From Raillietiella orientalis (taxonomy: Eukaryota): a DNA stretch of 64,000 nt. This document shows positions 1 to 15,533 of this stretch, piece after piece (position 1 is the stretch's first letter; each line of letters opens with the position of its first letter). A program made the translations under genes and the position numbers. The DNA lies in NCBI GenBank assembly GCA_036172245.1, contig JAYWIR010000056.1:124001-188000 (forward strand), read 5' to 3'. The notes beneath the pieces were generated by a model. It was not told the DNA's origin and did no database searches. It saw nothing but the letters and a program-made list of their open reading frames with translations.

Positions 1-81
1 GATCAAATCGGCAAAGTTATGGGTGAACAAACCGAGGTCTGTGTCTTCACGATATTCGAAAAAAAAAAAAAAAAAAAAAAA
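1..81 (-). repeat. Possible fragment of the retroposon 3' UTR followed by an A run
   Basis: ggtgaacaaaccgaggtctg (22-41) resembles ggtgaacagaccggcgaggtctg at about 34279-34301; both are followed by A-rich tracts. Short match at the window edge. Confidence 0.35.
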
Positions 82-3000
82 GTTCTTTGGAGAACATCTG
101 TAGGTTTGTAACACTACATTCTAGAAACCCTCTAAAGTGTGATTTGCGGATGTGGTAAGCAGTTTCACTTTGACAGTCAGATTTCTCAATAGCCAAAATG
201 TTGCTTCCTAGTGAATATCGGATTCAATCTGTTGCCTTTAGCAGTCATTCTGAAACTATGGAAAATGGTAAAACTATGGAAAATGTTCTTGGACTATCCT
301 GTGCAGAAGTTTTTTTCAACTAAATATGTGGTCTTCGTAAGTCTTGGGGTTGATAAAGCGATATGTATTTCATGACGTGAAGACACTTCATTCATCACTA
401 CGTTATGCCTTAGAGTCCATTTTAACTTCTATATCAATTTTATCTTTCCTTCTTTCATCCGTTCAATCCTGGGTGACTTCGTAAATGTCACTTAAGATAA
501 AAGGAATCTTCCACGCAGAGTGGAGTTTCTCTGGATTCTTAGTACTTCTTTTTTTCTCTTTTTTCATTGCATTGCTTCTTTTTTCTTTTTTTTTGATAGG
601 ATAGACGGATATGCATGTTTTTTTTGCTAAGAGTTTGATCGAACAAATTCATAGCTCCAAGCCACTACAAATGGATTTAAGAGATCTTAACGTTATCTTA
701 TAGCTTTCCTTTTTCTTCCTCTCAAATATACCTCACTGCTCACTTCGTGATGCGGCATGCTTTGGGAAATTGGAAACGACTCGAAATTCCCGATTTTCTG
801 AAATTTACGGTAGTCAGCTTTAGAGATGGCTTCATTCCTTAGAGCTTCGGGACAAGTCTCGGTTTCTGGATGCAGCTGCCACGATGTTGCCACGTATTTC
901 GTGGAACTTTCGCGAACTCTACGCACTTCACTTCAGGCACGGAAAATAGCCATCGGGCAATCGGCATCTCTTCCGAATGCCTAGAAAAAAGATTTTAAGC
1001 AAAACGGAAGGGCACAGAGTGAAAAACGAAAGGAAAGAAATCGCTTTGGAAACATCCTGTTCAATGTACATTCAGAAGAAGGCATCTGCAAATGCTAAAT
1101 TGCAGTCCTTGTCATAACCAATTGCTATGCCGTGGAAATCCTTTTAAAAAAGGGGAACTCAGCTCGACATTCTCAAGCATTACGGAGTAAATGTTAAAAG
1201 AGAGGAACTGACAGTGCACAGGTAAAAGGCTCGCTGGATATAGTTGGAATTTGGTTCACAATCTACGAATAGGACGCAACGAAAAAAAAAAATTCCAGCC
1301 GTTCCTCAAATAATGTATGGTAAAACTACATTACCTACATTAATACCTACATTTGGCATACAAATTTGGAAACAAGGAAACGAAAGAGCTCCTCCTACAA
1401 CTACCAAGTTTTTTTTTTTTTTTCCACGAAAACTATACGTAACACGAAAATTGTCTGCTAATTTTGGGAAATACTAAAAAAATAAAAATAAAAATACGAC
1501 GAAAAATTCACAAAAATGCAGCACACGTGGATTCAAAATGCATCAATTTGAAGAAATTTATTGTCCTGCTGTTGTTCGTTTTGCAAAGTGCCGATCACAT
1601 ACAATGTTCGCAGCACAGACGTGTACCGTACCAATCTTTACAGTTCAGTTGAAGTTTGAAGCACCGAAGCACGACGGTTGCGTAGACATCATAAATGTGA
1701 TACACAAATTGCATCTGTGATACATATTGTATTCGTTTCATTACAAAAGGACTGAGTAGGAGTGTACCTATACTGATAGTAGCAATTCTGTGTCCACACT
1801 TTGCCAACACTTTTTTGCAAGTAATGTAAATGAATGCGTTCCAACACGAAGCATTTTTATATGTTACTCGTATATTGCTTATTTCTGCAGACGTTTCTAT
1901 GAGTTGCATTAGGTTATAAGAAAACGTAAAACGCAAATATTTTTGCATGCAAAGTAAGTATAATGAATATCAAATACGTGAAATCTAGCAAAATTTCCTG
2001 TTTTGATTTGTACAGCATGTTTGGGAATTAGAAGCATCAGTTGTCATATGCATGCGTCAGTTATAATTTGATAATGAAAAGATTCAGTATACTCTCCAAA
2101 TATGAAGAATCATTTACCTGGTGCACCACGTCTTGTTATTGAGGTGTTTCCACTACAATGAATGATTACACCAGGATTTATTTGAGTTCTCACTTTCCAC
2201 TCAGTACTCATACAATAGTTTGCAAGGATATTAATTTGAAATGTAAACACTAACGTAAATAATCTTATGTAATGAAAAATTGATGATTGTTCCCAACAGT
2301 ATGATCTAAGGATCTGAATAAAATGGAAGCACATTTTTCAGTCTCACTTAACTAGTTTTTCTTCTCCATGCTAATGTGTGTGTATTTTTGAAACTTGCAG
2401 ATTCATACATGGCAAATGAATACAAATGAGCAAACAATAAATAAGGATTCTTTGATTCTGGGAGAAACCTACTTCTGGAATTCATTTTATGGAGGAATCT
2501 TAAAAGTGGACATAAAGCCAAATGATCCTCTTGTTAGCAATAGCAAACGTGTTGCCTCTTGGGGAGATGAATTTTAAGAATTTTGTGTGAAGATAAAATT
2601 AAAATGAATACTAGACACTGATCTTGCATTCCCTTTGGTGACTTCATTTGGTTAATCTGCTTTCTGCTAGACTAATTCATGATATCTTTCCACACTCTAA
2701 GCAAAACTCTAACAAAGGAAATTGTAAAGCATCCTGCCTTTTTTTTTTTTTTTTCAAAATGACTTTCATTTTGCTTATAGCCTCCTTGAATGAATGAAAA
2801 TAAGAAGCAAAAGTTAAAAATACAGCATCTTTTGGGAGTCTCCATTTTGAAGATGCAAGGTTTCTACAGCAAAACTTTTCAATACCTGCACAATCTCATA
2901 ATCTCTACTATTTTCCTCTTCATAACCAATACTTTACAAAATTTCAGGTAATACTGCCAAATATCAAATAACACGAATATGTATGCATTTGGGTGAGATA

Positions 3001-6000
3001 TTCTCAATGAATTCCCTAGACTTCACACACCAAATGGTAAATCTTGTGTGATTTTATTTTCCATCAGCAGGCCACACTTTGAAGACAACTTAAACTGTTT
3101 CCAAACAAGCTTTATCACTTTCATTCAATGTGAAAATGGGAATCCATAATGAAACAATCCGAGTCATTGTAATTGTCATTCAAGTACATGTCCAGATGAA
3201 AAAACAATGCTTCTTAGGGCACATAAATTGGTGAGTCTATTAGAGATAATCTACATATGCCAAATAAAGAACTCCAGAATGTCAACCAATGATATCTGTT
3301 TAAGCACTATAGGAAAAAAAATATACATTTCTAGGCAGGCAAGTGGTGTCAAGACTTCAAAACTAATTGAAATATCCCCTACTCAAACATGAACTGTACA
3401 AGATGATTTCTTCCATTCATGTTAATGATTTAAAAAAAGTTATTTTGACCTCAAACACATTTTGAACAGCTCTGAATTCTTCACATTTTGATCCCTCAAA
3501 CATTTATCTCTTCAGCTGTGACACCATTAATCCCCAAATATAGGAAATTTTCAGGAGACTACACTTCATGTTTCCAGCATGATAAAGAATTCAAAATCTT
3601 ACATTAACTGAAACACTGCAAGTCAAATTAAAACCTCATTACAGGGACTGCTTCCCAATTACACCTGTGGACTAAGTCCAGAGTTGGGCATTGAACTTGT
3701 ACCTAATTATATAAAAGCCTGTACAAATTCAGTGATCACCATATCCATCAGGTCTGCTTAATAAAATAATTGCTTGCAAATACTAAGAGATGTAAGTAGA
3801 CATGATTTTATTAGAAGGAAGTCTGCAATCATGCTCTATCAAAAGTTTCCCAACATAACTAATAGTGCCCAAACTGAATAATGTGATGATCAGATGACTT
3901 TCAGAATGATTGTTAGCGAATCAAGTGTGACTGCATACAAGTGCAGTCACAAGAGGGCACATGACTTGAGATGAGGGATAAACATTGAGAGGGATAAACA
4001 GAGTACATATAGCAAGCCATCAGCAACATGATGGCTGTCAAGAACGACTATATGCTAAGAAATATCTCCCTTTTATGTTGAAAACTGGACAGGATTCCAG
4101 TAGTCATACAGACTCCATCAAATATCAATGAAAGAAAGAAATAAACAAATTACCTCATAAAGTCGCAGACAAGCCTCTTACACTTCTGAGTGAAGCTGAA
4201 ATTGGTCCTGCCATGAACACTATTAAAAAAACAGCTGTGCATGTAGGCACAAAATCCGATGTCAAAAGATACAACCAACCAATCCCAAATATACAATATC
4301 TTTCACCCTGAATGTTGAGTATTTTGTATTCAACTTAAGAAAGAACACTTTCTCCTATTTGCTAGTAAATAGGCTTTCTTTCTTTGGTTCATAAATGGCC
4401 ACAAAATGCTTCAAATGTGTACATTTCATTCAAAACTGTTTTTCAAAGGGTTGCCTCTAACTGTGATCAGATTGCAACAAAAATCACAGAGCCACAGTTA
4501 CAAAGTAAAGAACATCCCTGTCTCCCTAGCAATGTTTAGTATACTCAACTATTATACCATTATCCTTAATATGGCATCACGTTTTTATAAACTGCATACT
4601 GAACTTCTTGTTTTGTCTAGTTTATTTAACGGCCGAATAAGCTGTCGTGAGATTAATCATTTCATTTTTTTTGGTATTCTTTGTTTATGGTGAGCAGCTC
4701 ATGTATGAAGCAAACAGACCAAGATTTTTGGATTCATACATCTTTTTCTAGCCATTTGTCTATGTTCTAAAATGCGTTGCTGTCATGGTTGCAAAGTTAA
4801 GTTCGTAATCTGATGCAAAGTGAGACTTTGCCTTCGTACGTGATAGGAAATTTCCCAGCACTGGTCAGAAGAGGGTGGAGCCATCGTTCAGCAGAAATCG
4901 TTCGTAAAATGTCGCGCCGTATGACAGGCAGTCTGGAGACCACGTTCAAAAGAATGTATGATGTCTTGCCGCTGATGTTTCTTGTACAAACGGCAAGTGG
5001 ACCTACCTGGTAGTTCAATACGCCAGCACAGACTTCTTCAACTGTCGAAATAATCCACAAAAACGTACCAACGAAAAAAACCGTATTACAATGGTAAAAA
5101 AAAAAAAAAAACTGTTATCCTGCAAGCGCTTAGTTGCCTGTTTTCAGGATTTTCTTGACCAATGTTTCTCTGCCAGCCCAATTTCTTTGCAGAGATATTG
5201 CACTATTACCAATCGCCCCTGCATGTTCTCCGCGCAACTCAGACCACTGCTGTTCTTTTTTTGTCCGATACCGAATAGTAAGTGACCCTTGATGCATTCA
5301 ATGGATTCGCAGAAATCAAGTGTATAGGAGCTGCCAGTAGAGGAAACAATCGTGACTGCTTCCATGCTGGAATCTATACTTGCCTATCACTTGTAAATGA
5401 TTAATGGTTTGGGACGCTTGAGTGTCCTTGCTTTCCCAAAGACGCATAAACTGCCAAAGACTGTTGTTATCCTTCTCTAAAATATTCCTGCCATTTGAAC
5501 AAATTTATTTTCCTCTACAATTTTTTCTTGTTTCTCTGAAAACATCAGCGGCATTCATTACCCCTTTGCAGCTCAGTGACCATCACTAATCAGCATTATT
5601 GTGATTTTGGAGACCGAATTCTCTTCCGAACTTCAGCATCAAGGACAGCACCCATTTGCCAGGGGAAAAGTAAATGATTCTCGACAAAGTAAACAAAGAC
5701 ATTTGCGACCTGTAAAAAAAACTGGAAAATGAAAAGCAGTCTTCAGTTAAGAATGAAATGGACATCCCTCATATCAAGTAATCACTACACTGTGCTGCAT
5801 CCAAGACATCCGAATTGCAAATGCCTTCACGCACTCGAAGGCTCAGCAGCAACAAAAAATGCTGCATGCAACTTTCCAGTCGCATATGACAATATTTAGA
5901 ATTTTATTGTCATGAATAAAAACTTGGTTACATGAAATAAAACGAGGAAAGGAAGTGTGCTTCCTTATAAATCGTTCTTTACGAATGCAGCACTTTTGAA

Positions 6001-7763
6001 ATAATATCCCTTCGCTGAGAAACAGAGATATTATGATGCAAATGAGTTCTAACAATGCCAACTTTCTTGCAAGTTGCATTATTGTTTTCCATTATTGAGA
6101 TTTTCAAATGAGCAGCTATCATATTCTTTTGCAGCAACTTATGATCATTTAGTTCATCATGGTTTGCTGAATTGTGATTTCCATAATTCCGGAATATAAG
6201 TGAAGATCAAATCTATCCTTGATTACAAGAAAACAAAATGAATGCAGAAGTGTGGAGTTTAGATAGCTTTCCTATTGTTATAAAAGTGTAAATACTGTTA
6301 ATGGTAAGTATTGAAAGGTCAAGCTTAATATTGTAAATTCTTTGCAATAACTGAGGTTATACGGGAGCATTCATAGTAGATAGGGTATTCTAATTTTAAT
6401 TCATTGACTTAACATGGATATTATGGACTTATTGGATAAAAAGAAGCTGAACTCTGATAACAATGAAATGAGGTCATATTCAACAGTCTCTTCCAACAAA
6501 ACTCCGTTTTTGATTTCTCTTACATAAAAAGACCTTAAGTAAACAACACCACAATAAATAACCATTGCTCTTAAAAGTTAATTCATCAAAGAGAGCTACT
6601 TCAGCCGTCCCCGCGGAAAATGAATTCACCAAATAAGTCGTTTACTCTGAAACTTCTCGACTATAACTTCAACAGGACCTCTCTGATTTATCGTAAGAAG
6701 AGTTTGAAGATGAAGAGTGAATAAATGTAACCATTGAAGCTGAAGGAAAGTCTTTATTTGAAAAAGCGATAAGAATATCTGGCAATAATCAAGGTTTAAT
6801 ATTAGGAAGCATCTCAAGATGTAGCTATGATTAGAAGTTCAATAAACTGTAGAAGAGTGCCACTCTCAGGTTTTCAGAAATCAAATATTTCCAGTGGAGT
6901 TAACTTTCCACCATTCCACTTTCGATCAAATGTGTCATTGATGCGAGGGAATGTGGAGAAGGCTAGGTTTGCTAGAATCTCAGGTTAGGATGATGTTTGT
7001 TAACTGCAAAGAAACAAATAGGACCTTTTTCCTGACAGCTGTGAAAATTAAAGCCAGTTGAGAGATGTTTTGCACACACCCGAGAGTTCGTGGAAGGCAG
7101 TCTAATACATGCTCTCACCGTTATACCGACCGCGGATGCATGCGCGTTCGTTACATACGGGAGGTCTTTGAGACAAATTTATTTCCTTAGAAGACAACAG
7201 AATCAGAACGAGAACCTTGGGACAATCATCCAACTTGTCCTGAAGAGCAAATCATACTGCTTTTCTTTTTTTCAAGAAAGTCATTTTCAGACTTTTCAGT
7301 GTGTAAACCAAGGCTTTTTCGGTTCCTTTATGCTCATGAGAAAACATTCCGCAACAAGAACGTTCTTGACCCGATAAGTTTGGAAGCAAATCCTACAATT
7401 AACGAAGTACGTACGAATCCCGTTTATATTGGAATAGTGGTTCTTATTACACATTGCTCCGGGACACACGCTGAGTATTCCCCGAGAACCACTGGTATAC
7501 TTGGCTGTCGCCTTTGGCTAATGTGCACCGAGCGCGAAGTCAAGTTGACGTGCATTGGGCCATTTCCTCGCAGGCTGCACGTAAAGCCACCATGCCGACC
7601 ACACAAAGAAACTGAATTATGGAAGAAAAAAAATCTTTTCCTTAAATGGATTCGGCATTGTGAAACAAGTGTTTACTGGCAAGATATAAGGTGCAAGACA
7701 CCTTGCACAATGTGCAAACCAGTTTAATATGAATGAGAGACATGATTATACAAACATAGAATA

Positions 7764-7769
7764 TTTATT
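7764..7769 (-). terminator. Candidate polyadenylation signal (AATAAA) for NF-YB
   Basis: tttatt on + strand, about 14 nt past the NF-YB stop; common by chance in AT-rich DNA. Confidence 0.3.
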
Positions 7770-7782
7770 GTTATTTCTGAAT

Positions 7783-10700
7783 TTATCCCAAATTGAAATT
7801 TGGCGGGTAATAAATAACACTTGTTTGTTCTCCATTTTGGTTTCCTTGCATAAGTGCTTGAGCTATAAATAATATGTATGTAAAATGATGTGATCAGAAA
7901 TGGACTCACAAAATGGATCTTCTGCAATATCATCGTATGAATCGCCATTCACAGGTACTACCAACGATTTTTCTCCTTTCATTGCCTAAATGTATTCTCT
8001 ATTGAAATATTAGTTTTGAATTATACAAAACCTCTCTATATTTTTGTAGATATAATTTGAGAGGTTCCACATAATTGTCAAATCCTAAAGCTGACATGGC
8101 AAACAAAATATCTTCCCCATTTATCGTTTTCCTTTTTTCTTGATGACATCTATCACTTGCTTCACTAGTGATAAAACTTATAAATTCTGAGACACACTCT
8201 TGAACACATTCACGTGCATCTTTGGCTATCTAAAATAAAACATCTGAGAGATTGATGTCAAAAAAATTAGTTTTCTAATTCTGAATATTAACTCTTAATT
8301 TTATGACATAGGATAGGAAATGAGAAACAGCAATATGTATGGGTAATAAACCGAAAACAAATTTTTCCATTCAGATCTGACACTTTTAAGAAAACTATGA
8401 ATCATAATCTGAAAGGTGTTATCTATGATTGTGAACTTGTCCAGTTTCATTCTTTGTAGTATAAACACATCCAAAGTGAAAAAACAAACAAACAAACAAA
8501 AATCGGATGCTTGTCGCTATCTGTTCAGTTAACTGTAGATAGATTATTTTCATGGGAGCCACCCTCGTTCACCTGATGGAAAGTTTCGAGAAGTTTACTA
8601 AAATAATCTCAAATCTCTTGAGAGAACACAAAATACGTGGCGGAAGAATTTTTTTTTCACATCTAATATCTTAGAGAATTTATTTAAAATTCCTATTATA
8701 ATAATGACTACTAAAGATGAATTCTTTTGTAACACATACAACTGTTAATGACACTGATGAAGTGTTTTGATTTGGGTCCAGCCTTTAGTGTGCATGACTA
8801 AAATTTTTATGCATTGCAGCCAAAAATAATACTTAATAACTAGACTGGGCATCAGAAAAAAATGCAGTTACACTGTTCATTCACTAACGTGTTTAATAAA
8901 AACTCTCAATACATCGAAGATTAACATAACGAAATTTGTGAAAAAGAATTAATTATCAAGTGGAATGTAACTGAGACTTGAAAACACAAGCATCATTATC
9001 TGTGGCAAAAATTAAAGGAACCAACACATCCTGAAAACAATACAAACAGTTATACAGTTCTTCTACATAAAAAACAACTCCATTCATGCAACTCATGCCA
9101 CAGCAGCTCTACATCTGGGTACACTTAATGAATCCTACATATGTTTGAATAAACACATCTTACAAGAATCATAAGCAAAAGCACATCAATTTTAATAAAT
9201 GTCAACAAAGTAGAACAATTTTTTTCCCATTTACTTTCTCGCAAATCTTGTTCAAGGGCTGTTGATTTAAGGAAATATACTGAAAGTTTCCACATTTATA
9301 CATGAACTGATGTAAACAATACAATGTTGGAAGGAATAATTGGACACAATTCTAATACAAATTCCACATAAAGTTATAGGAACGAATATAACAACTACCA
9401 ATGACACCCACTATAGAACTGAATCAAACTGTAATACCAAATTAAGCTCCACTTGCTGTTCTTATTCAAGAAACCTTTGAATGACTTTCCATATTTGTAA
9501 TGTGGGAAACCACATTAGAAAATGGAGGTTTAATACTTTCCAATTAGAAAATTTAATTTTTTAATTCACTGTAAATAATCTCGATTTTACTTTTCTTTTA
9601 AGTGAGAATCCAAAAACAAATCAACATTACTTAAAAGGAAATCCCTTTTTGTTCCCAAAGCACCAATCATGTGCTTAATTAAACGATGTTATATTTTATG
9701 TTTAATTACGAGATAATTCGACTTAAAATACGTAGTATGTTAATAATACGCTTCATAGCTTTTATCATTGCATAAATAAACCATAAATAATAGCAGTGGT
9801 GAATGAATGCTGGATCTTTCTGACCATGAATGTTATAAAAGGAATCATTTTGGAATTTGCTTTTCCTGCTCTGTCCTTCGATCATTGTATGGGTAAAGAA
9901 CAACAATAAAATGTGCAAATTATTGTCATTAACTATCTATTGAAAGAATGGATCCACGTTTTCAGCTCCCATCTAATTTAAACTAAAAAAGAAAAAACAG
10001 TCGCAGCTTCATTTTCGTCTTGAGTACCTTTGTAAATATATGATATTTTCAAAATGGTTATGTACATTCCATTGTATATCATTATTCTTAAAGTTCTACA
10101 ATTTCTTAAGTTCATATCCTTTGCAACTGATGTTCATGAGGGATCACTTTGCAGTAAATAATGCATTCGGAATACACTAATGTTATGTAATTGGTATATA
10201 AGTGCCACTAACATGGTTTTATTTGATGGTCCTTAAAATGCCTTCATTGGAATGGGATACAAACATCACAGAAGCACAACAAACAATTTAACATGAGCAA
10301 AAATAATCAGGATCATTAAGTTTCATGTTTAATATTCCCTCCACTTCAAATTTCCAAAGTGTGCAATGTTTTCCGTAGTATCATAGTAAGTACAAAAATT
10401 ATTTGTTCCACATTATTGTTTAACCAAAAAGCTACCAATTATTAAACATTGAAATGATGGAAACAAAGGAGTCAGCCCAAGATGAATGATGGACTTTGTA
10501 TGATTCAGTATGCATGATGGAAACTTTCATTTAAAGCAAGTACTACAATCAATAATAAATCCTTTAAAAACCAAATAAATTTGTCTAAAGTTGCAAAATC
10601 GGTGTCATTTAACAATTCCTTACATGAATAACATTTACATCACTTGTAATACTAAAACTGGTCTAAAAATTACGGAAACAAGAATCGCTAACGATATAAT

Positions 10701-13057
10701 TGTTGTTTACTGCACAAATATTTATTATGCATAATTCACCCTTAAAACCCTCCCTTGATTTAAAAATACATATTAAAAATAGACATAACCTTTCCAGATT
10801 TTGGAATGGCTTTTTTCATAATCCTAGCAACATTAGCTATGGGGAGAAATCTATCTTGATCTCTTAATGGAGCATCATCTTTTCTCTGATCATTTGAATT
10901 ATCATCATCAGTTCCATGACTAAGAGCATCATTTTCATCTGAAATTAGGTATACAAAATAAATGCCATTGAATTATAAAAATATTAATAAAAGACAAAAT
11001 AATTCTTACAATAGTTGGTAGTTTTATTAGGATAATCTACATTTACACATCCATCATAAGCTCATTTGAAAAGTAAACCAACCAATCCTTATCTTTTGTT
11101 TCATTCAATGTGATTGCAACATGCAAAATGAAAAGTAAAAAAGTAACTACATATATATTTAAGAATTAGTTTTTCCCAAATGTATTTGTTGCCATGTTGA
11201 TTACTTCATTCTGAGTCTTGTCACTTCAAACAGCATATAGCAATTTCTAACAAGATATAGGAGGATGTAGCTTCAAACAAGATATATAACTATTTCACAT
11301 ACGCTGAATTCCTTGCATTGAGTTGTACTTAATTCCGATTACTTATATCTATATTCAAATTCCTACAGGATGTTTTTCCAGTTTCTGTCTTCAGATTCTG
11401 ACTACAATGTCCTTCCCCTCCATCTTCATTCTCTAGCACTGGGAGTCAACTCCATTCTAGGTTTAAGGAATACTCATTTATCCTTGTCTTCATATTTTTT
11501 TGCTTTTCAAAGTTGAGAAAAAAGGATGGGAGCTCTCTCTTACATTCTTTAACATAAATTTATACAATATAACTTTAAAAAAACAAATTAAAATCATTTA
11601 AATTGATAACAAACTTTCACAAAAAATATTTTATAGGCAACAATTAGTTTCCCTTTTTGAAATTGAAGACATGAATGTAAAAACTCCCATGAAAAAAATA
11701 ATTACTAAACTGAATTGTGCAATGATGGATAAAATTGTAATACCATGGAAGATGAATACTGATATGGATAAAAACTTTCAGTCCACATAAATGACATTAA
11801 AATTTAAGATATCAAAAATATTAAATGAGCTTGCTCCATGTTTTAAATTACTAAAATGAATACATCTGAAGGCTCATATACAATTATTTTAAGTGTTTCT
11901 GGGATAATGCACCACAAACAGCTTCAACAATCTGCACATCACAGATGAAGAACCAAATTGCAAGAAAGCACATTCAGATTTCAACTATACATTGCTTTAA
12001 AGTCAGTTTTTACATCTCATAAATAAATGCATGTAAACTGTTAATTCATGCACTGATCAATAAACTTATGACATGCAAAACCACGAGAAATATAAAAAAC
12101 CAAAACTGATATCATGCAAAACAAAAAATAAAAGAAAAATTAATCCTAATTAAAATTATCAACATTTGAATTTTGGAAATATAAAATTCCGATTTTTGTG
12201 GGTATACCTTTATAAAAACATTATTTTCAAATAGTTTACTATAATCTAACAGAGTAACATGAAATTTATGCAAAAGTGAACAAAACACAGAAGCCATTTG
12301 CAACACAGGAATGAAATATTGGCTACTGAATACATGTAAATGATCACGCACTTTAAAAATGAGAATAATAATGCTGAGAAAAGAAAAGGAGACAGAAAAC
12401 TTGGGAGACAAAAAAAAAAAACAGGAAACCTAATGCAGATATATGGGTGCCCTTGATGTTTGAAATATGCAAAGTAAATCTTCATCATTACGCTACAAAT
12501 AATGTCGAATTTCAAGCAAAACTTCCTTAATTAAAGTTAAAAAACTAAAAAGAAAATACGAGAACACACAAAAGCAGAAAGAAAATTCCAATTGTGAAAT
12601 TTTTTCAAAAGATTTCAGTAACTGCTTTCCACCATCATGTTTCTGAATAAAAATATACAAGATAATGAACACATGCTCCTGAAAATCAATATCAAGTATG
12701 AAATCCATACACAATAACGTGCAACTTTTTCCACAATTTTGCTAAAAGGCTTATATTTAAGTCTGCACATTAACTTTGCCTTAAATAAACTCAAAAAGAG
12801 AATAACATTTTGCAAACAATTCAAGCCAATGAATTCATCATACATTTTCAAAAACTCTTAGTCTAATGATTCAAATTTATTAATTTTAATTAATTCATAG
12901 AATAAAAACTACCAACCAATTATTACATAACGTAAGGTTCAAAATTTGTTCATAACTATTAACTGAATTTAAAAAAATTACCATCCCTATCTGTTACTAT
13001 GTATTGTGATTCAGATGATAAAAATGTGGCCTCCAAGCCATCATTGCTTTCCTCCAT
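7783..13057 (-). CDS. NFYB: Nuclear transcription factor Y subunit beta (CCAAT-binding factor, histone fold), 5 coding exons, 192 aa
   Basis: Manual splicing with GT-AG introns: exons 13057-12982, 10938-10790, 8229-8032, 7985-7910, 7862-7783 (579 nt, phases consistent, ends in TAA). Translation includes [99 protein letters not shown], the canonical NF-YB core. The first exon ([21 protein letters not shown]) and last exon rest on splice signals and phase, so are less certain. Confidence 0.95.
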
Positions 13058-15469
13058 TTCTAAACTACTAGTTTATCATATATGCCTTGTAATTAATTTG
13101 AACACGTTGACAAACAACACAGTTCTTAAATTTTAGAATCAGCAAAAAACTTAATGAAAATATAGTTCATCCATTATACTTTGACTCATCAGGTATTATG
13201 TTGTCACATTTAACTGAAAAAAAAAAAAGCATGACAAAAGAATTTAGAACTCAATAAAAATAAAGTATTTATAACTCAATAAAAATAATTAAGTAACTAT
13301 ATTAAAAAATAAGCACTTGCACCTATGTGGTGTGCTTATTGTGAAGTCATTGCATATTCAATTGTACATCTATTGCACAGAAATTAAAGTACTGATCAAT
13401 TAATCTCTAATGCCGAATCCACTGATGCAACATTTTTATCATAGTTTTTCATTCAGTTACCCTTATCCTCCCCTTTAACGATATACAAGGAAAGTGATTC
13501 AAAATTAATATGTGCAGGTACAACACCACTTAATTTTGGTTTCTCATTTTCATTAGAGAGTCCTTATTAGCAACCTTTTTCTGCTTGTTTGTTGATTCTG
13601 ATAATTTGGACATAGCAGGCCGACGTTAATACCTAATGTCATTCATACAGCTGATAATTTATTTAATAACTGCAATCTGCTTAAATGAATATGAAGAACT
13701 AATCACTATTAGATTTCATTCATACCTTGTTTTTATATCGTGAATATAACACATCAAATTTGAACTGACACCCAAATGAATAATATAATTCAAATACAAA
13801 CTTTGAATTACAAAAGCTTAAGCAGTCCTAAAACTATGAAAACAGAAACATCAACAAGATTTATAAAGTGACCACGTAACGTAAACAAATTTGTTAATTA
13901 AAATTGAACACAAGCAACAAATTCGTTTGGCAGTTCATCTTGAATTTCAATTTAGAAAAGTGCTGTAACAATTTCTATCATTTGTGGAAACCGTAACTTG
14001 AAAACTATTTCCTTCAGGCACTAAGCATGGTATCAGCTATTACGTACCTGTGTCTTACACATAAGAATAATTTCTATGCTACTGCTAATGAATCGTGCAT
14101 ATTGAATGGAATTTAAACATACGAATATTTTTACCATATTTCTGGCTTAATTGCACAAAATGTGAGGAAAAAAGGCGTTTAACATAAACATTAGCGCTTG
14201 CTTTATGTACGCATTATTTTTTATTGTTTCTTCATTGCCAAAGTACGCGTAGACCCAAATTTTGTTCATTCGATTTTATACCATAAAATCAGTTCAAGTA
14301 AAAGTTTTAAAAAGACGAGAAGTGGTTAGCATTTGTACATTTGCCAAATCAATGCTAAAATACAGCACGTAACTTCTGTTTTGTGCTTTCCTTTGAAATC
14401 ATGCAGGGTGTCAGAAATTTCTTTCACCTAAATGAGTACATAGGGAATCAATATGTATATGATAAACTTTTCGTCTTTTTTCTATAATATCGATGTTTAC
14501 AGCAATTTGACATATTAGAATTCCCCATTAGAACTGATCACTATATGTGCTGGAGCAGTTTTTTTCTGAAAGTTTCCTGAAATAGAAGCAATTTCAAGAT
14601 AGTTTTACTCCTTTCTCTCCCCAAAGACTCTGATAAGCATGCATTTGTAATTGTAAATCTCTCGATTCAAAACCACCAGGATATTAGTTTCAATTTTATT
14701 TGGAGTTTCAATTGCAAGTTCTGAATCACAGAATAATTACTTTGCGAATTAAAAATAGCAATGCATATAATAAACGTGAAAAGAATACACTCAGAAAAAT
14801 AGGCAAAGAATCGAACGAGAAGATAAACAATCGGACTCTTCAATGTAAGAACCGAAAGTTAACTAAACACTTTTACATAAGCATAAACAGTTATATCCAT
14901 TTTCTGCTAGAGCAGACAAATATTATAACTTCAAAGATTCAAAGAAATTAGTTGCAGTATTTTCACTTTCTAATGAAAATTACTAAATAACAAAATATCA
15001 ATTTGCTTTTGGTGACAGTAATTTTACATTCAACGGCAAGTTTTAATAAATCGCAAATAAAAATGCCAACTCAAAGACCTTGAAACATAGTTTGAGGATA
15101 CCTATCTAAATTTTTGGTCTTTTTTTATTCTATTGCTTCAGTTTTTTTTTTTTTTTTTAATGTACCATTTTGGTGACATACGTGCAACATAATACTTAGG
15201 AAATAAATAACATGGGTACAAAAGAAGAAAAAGCCGCAATATTCTGCAGTTTTCTTCAATGATTAGCCCTAAAGTAATAAATATAACGACGATAAAATAA
15301 GATAGATTCCGTTTACATAGCATAAAATCTATTGGAAATCACATTTGAGCCTATTTGAATCCAGTGAGTGAATGTATTATTGTAAAAGTCAAACTTTCAA
15401 TTGCATATTAAAACTTTTTTTAGTAAGTCTTTTAATAAGGATTCTTAAGAAGGATTTAGACCCTTTTTC

Positions 15470-15533
15470 AATAAGGATTTAGACTGAGGTTTATTTAATA
15501 TTTATTAAATGGGCCTCAGTCTAAATCCTTATT
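15470..15533. repeat. Long inverted repeat (20-bp perfect arms)
   Basis: aataaggatttagactgagg ... cctcagtctaaatccttatt; the interior also pairs if G-U is allowed. Confidence 0.85.

Noticed and set aside
5843..6079. Minus-strand ORF with a signal-peptide-like N-terminus
   Set aside because: No consistent downstream exon could be built; hydrophobic runs are common in T-rich DNA.
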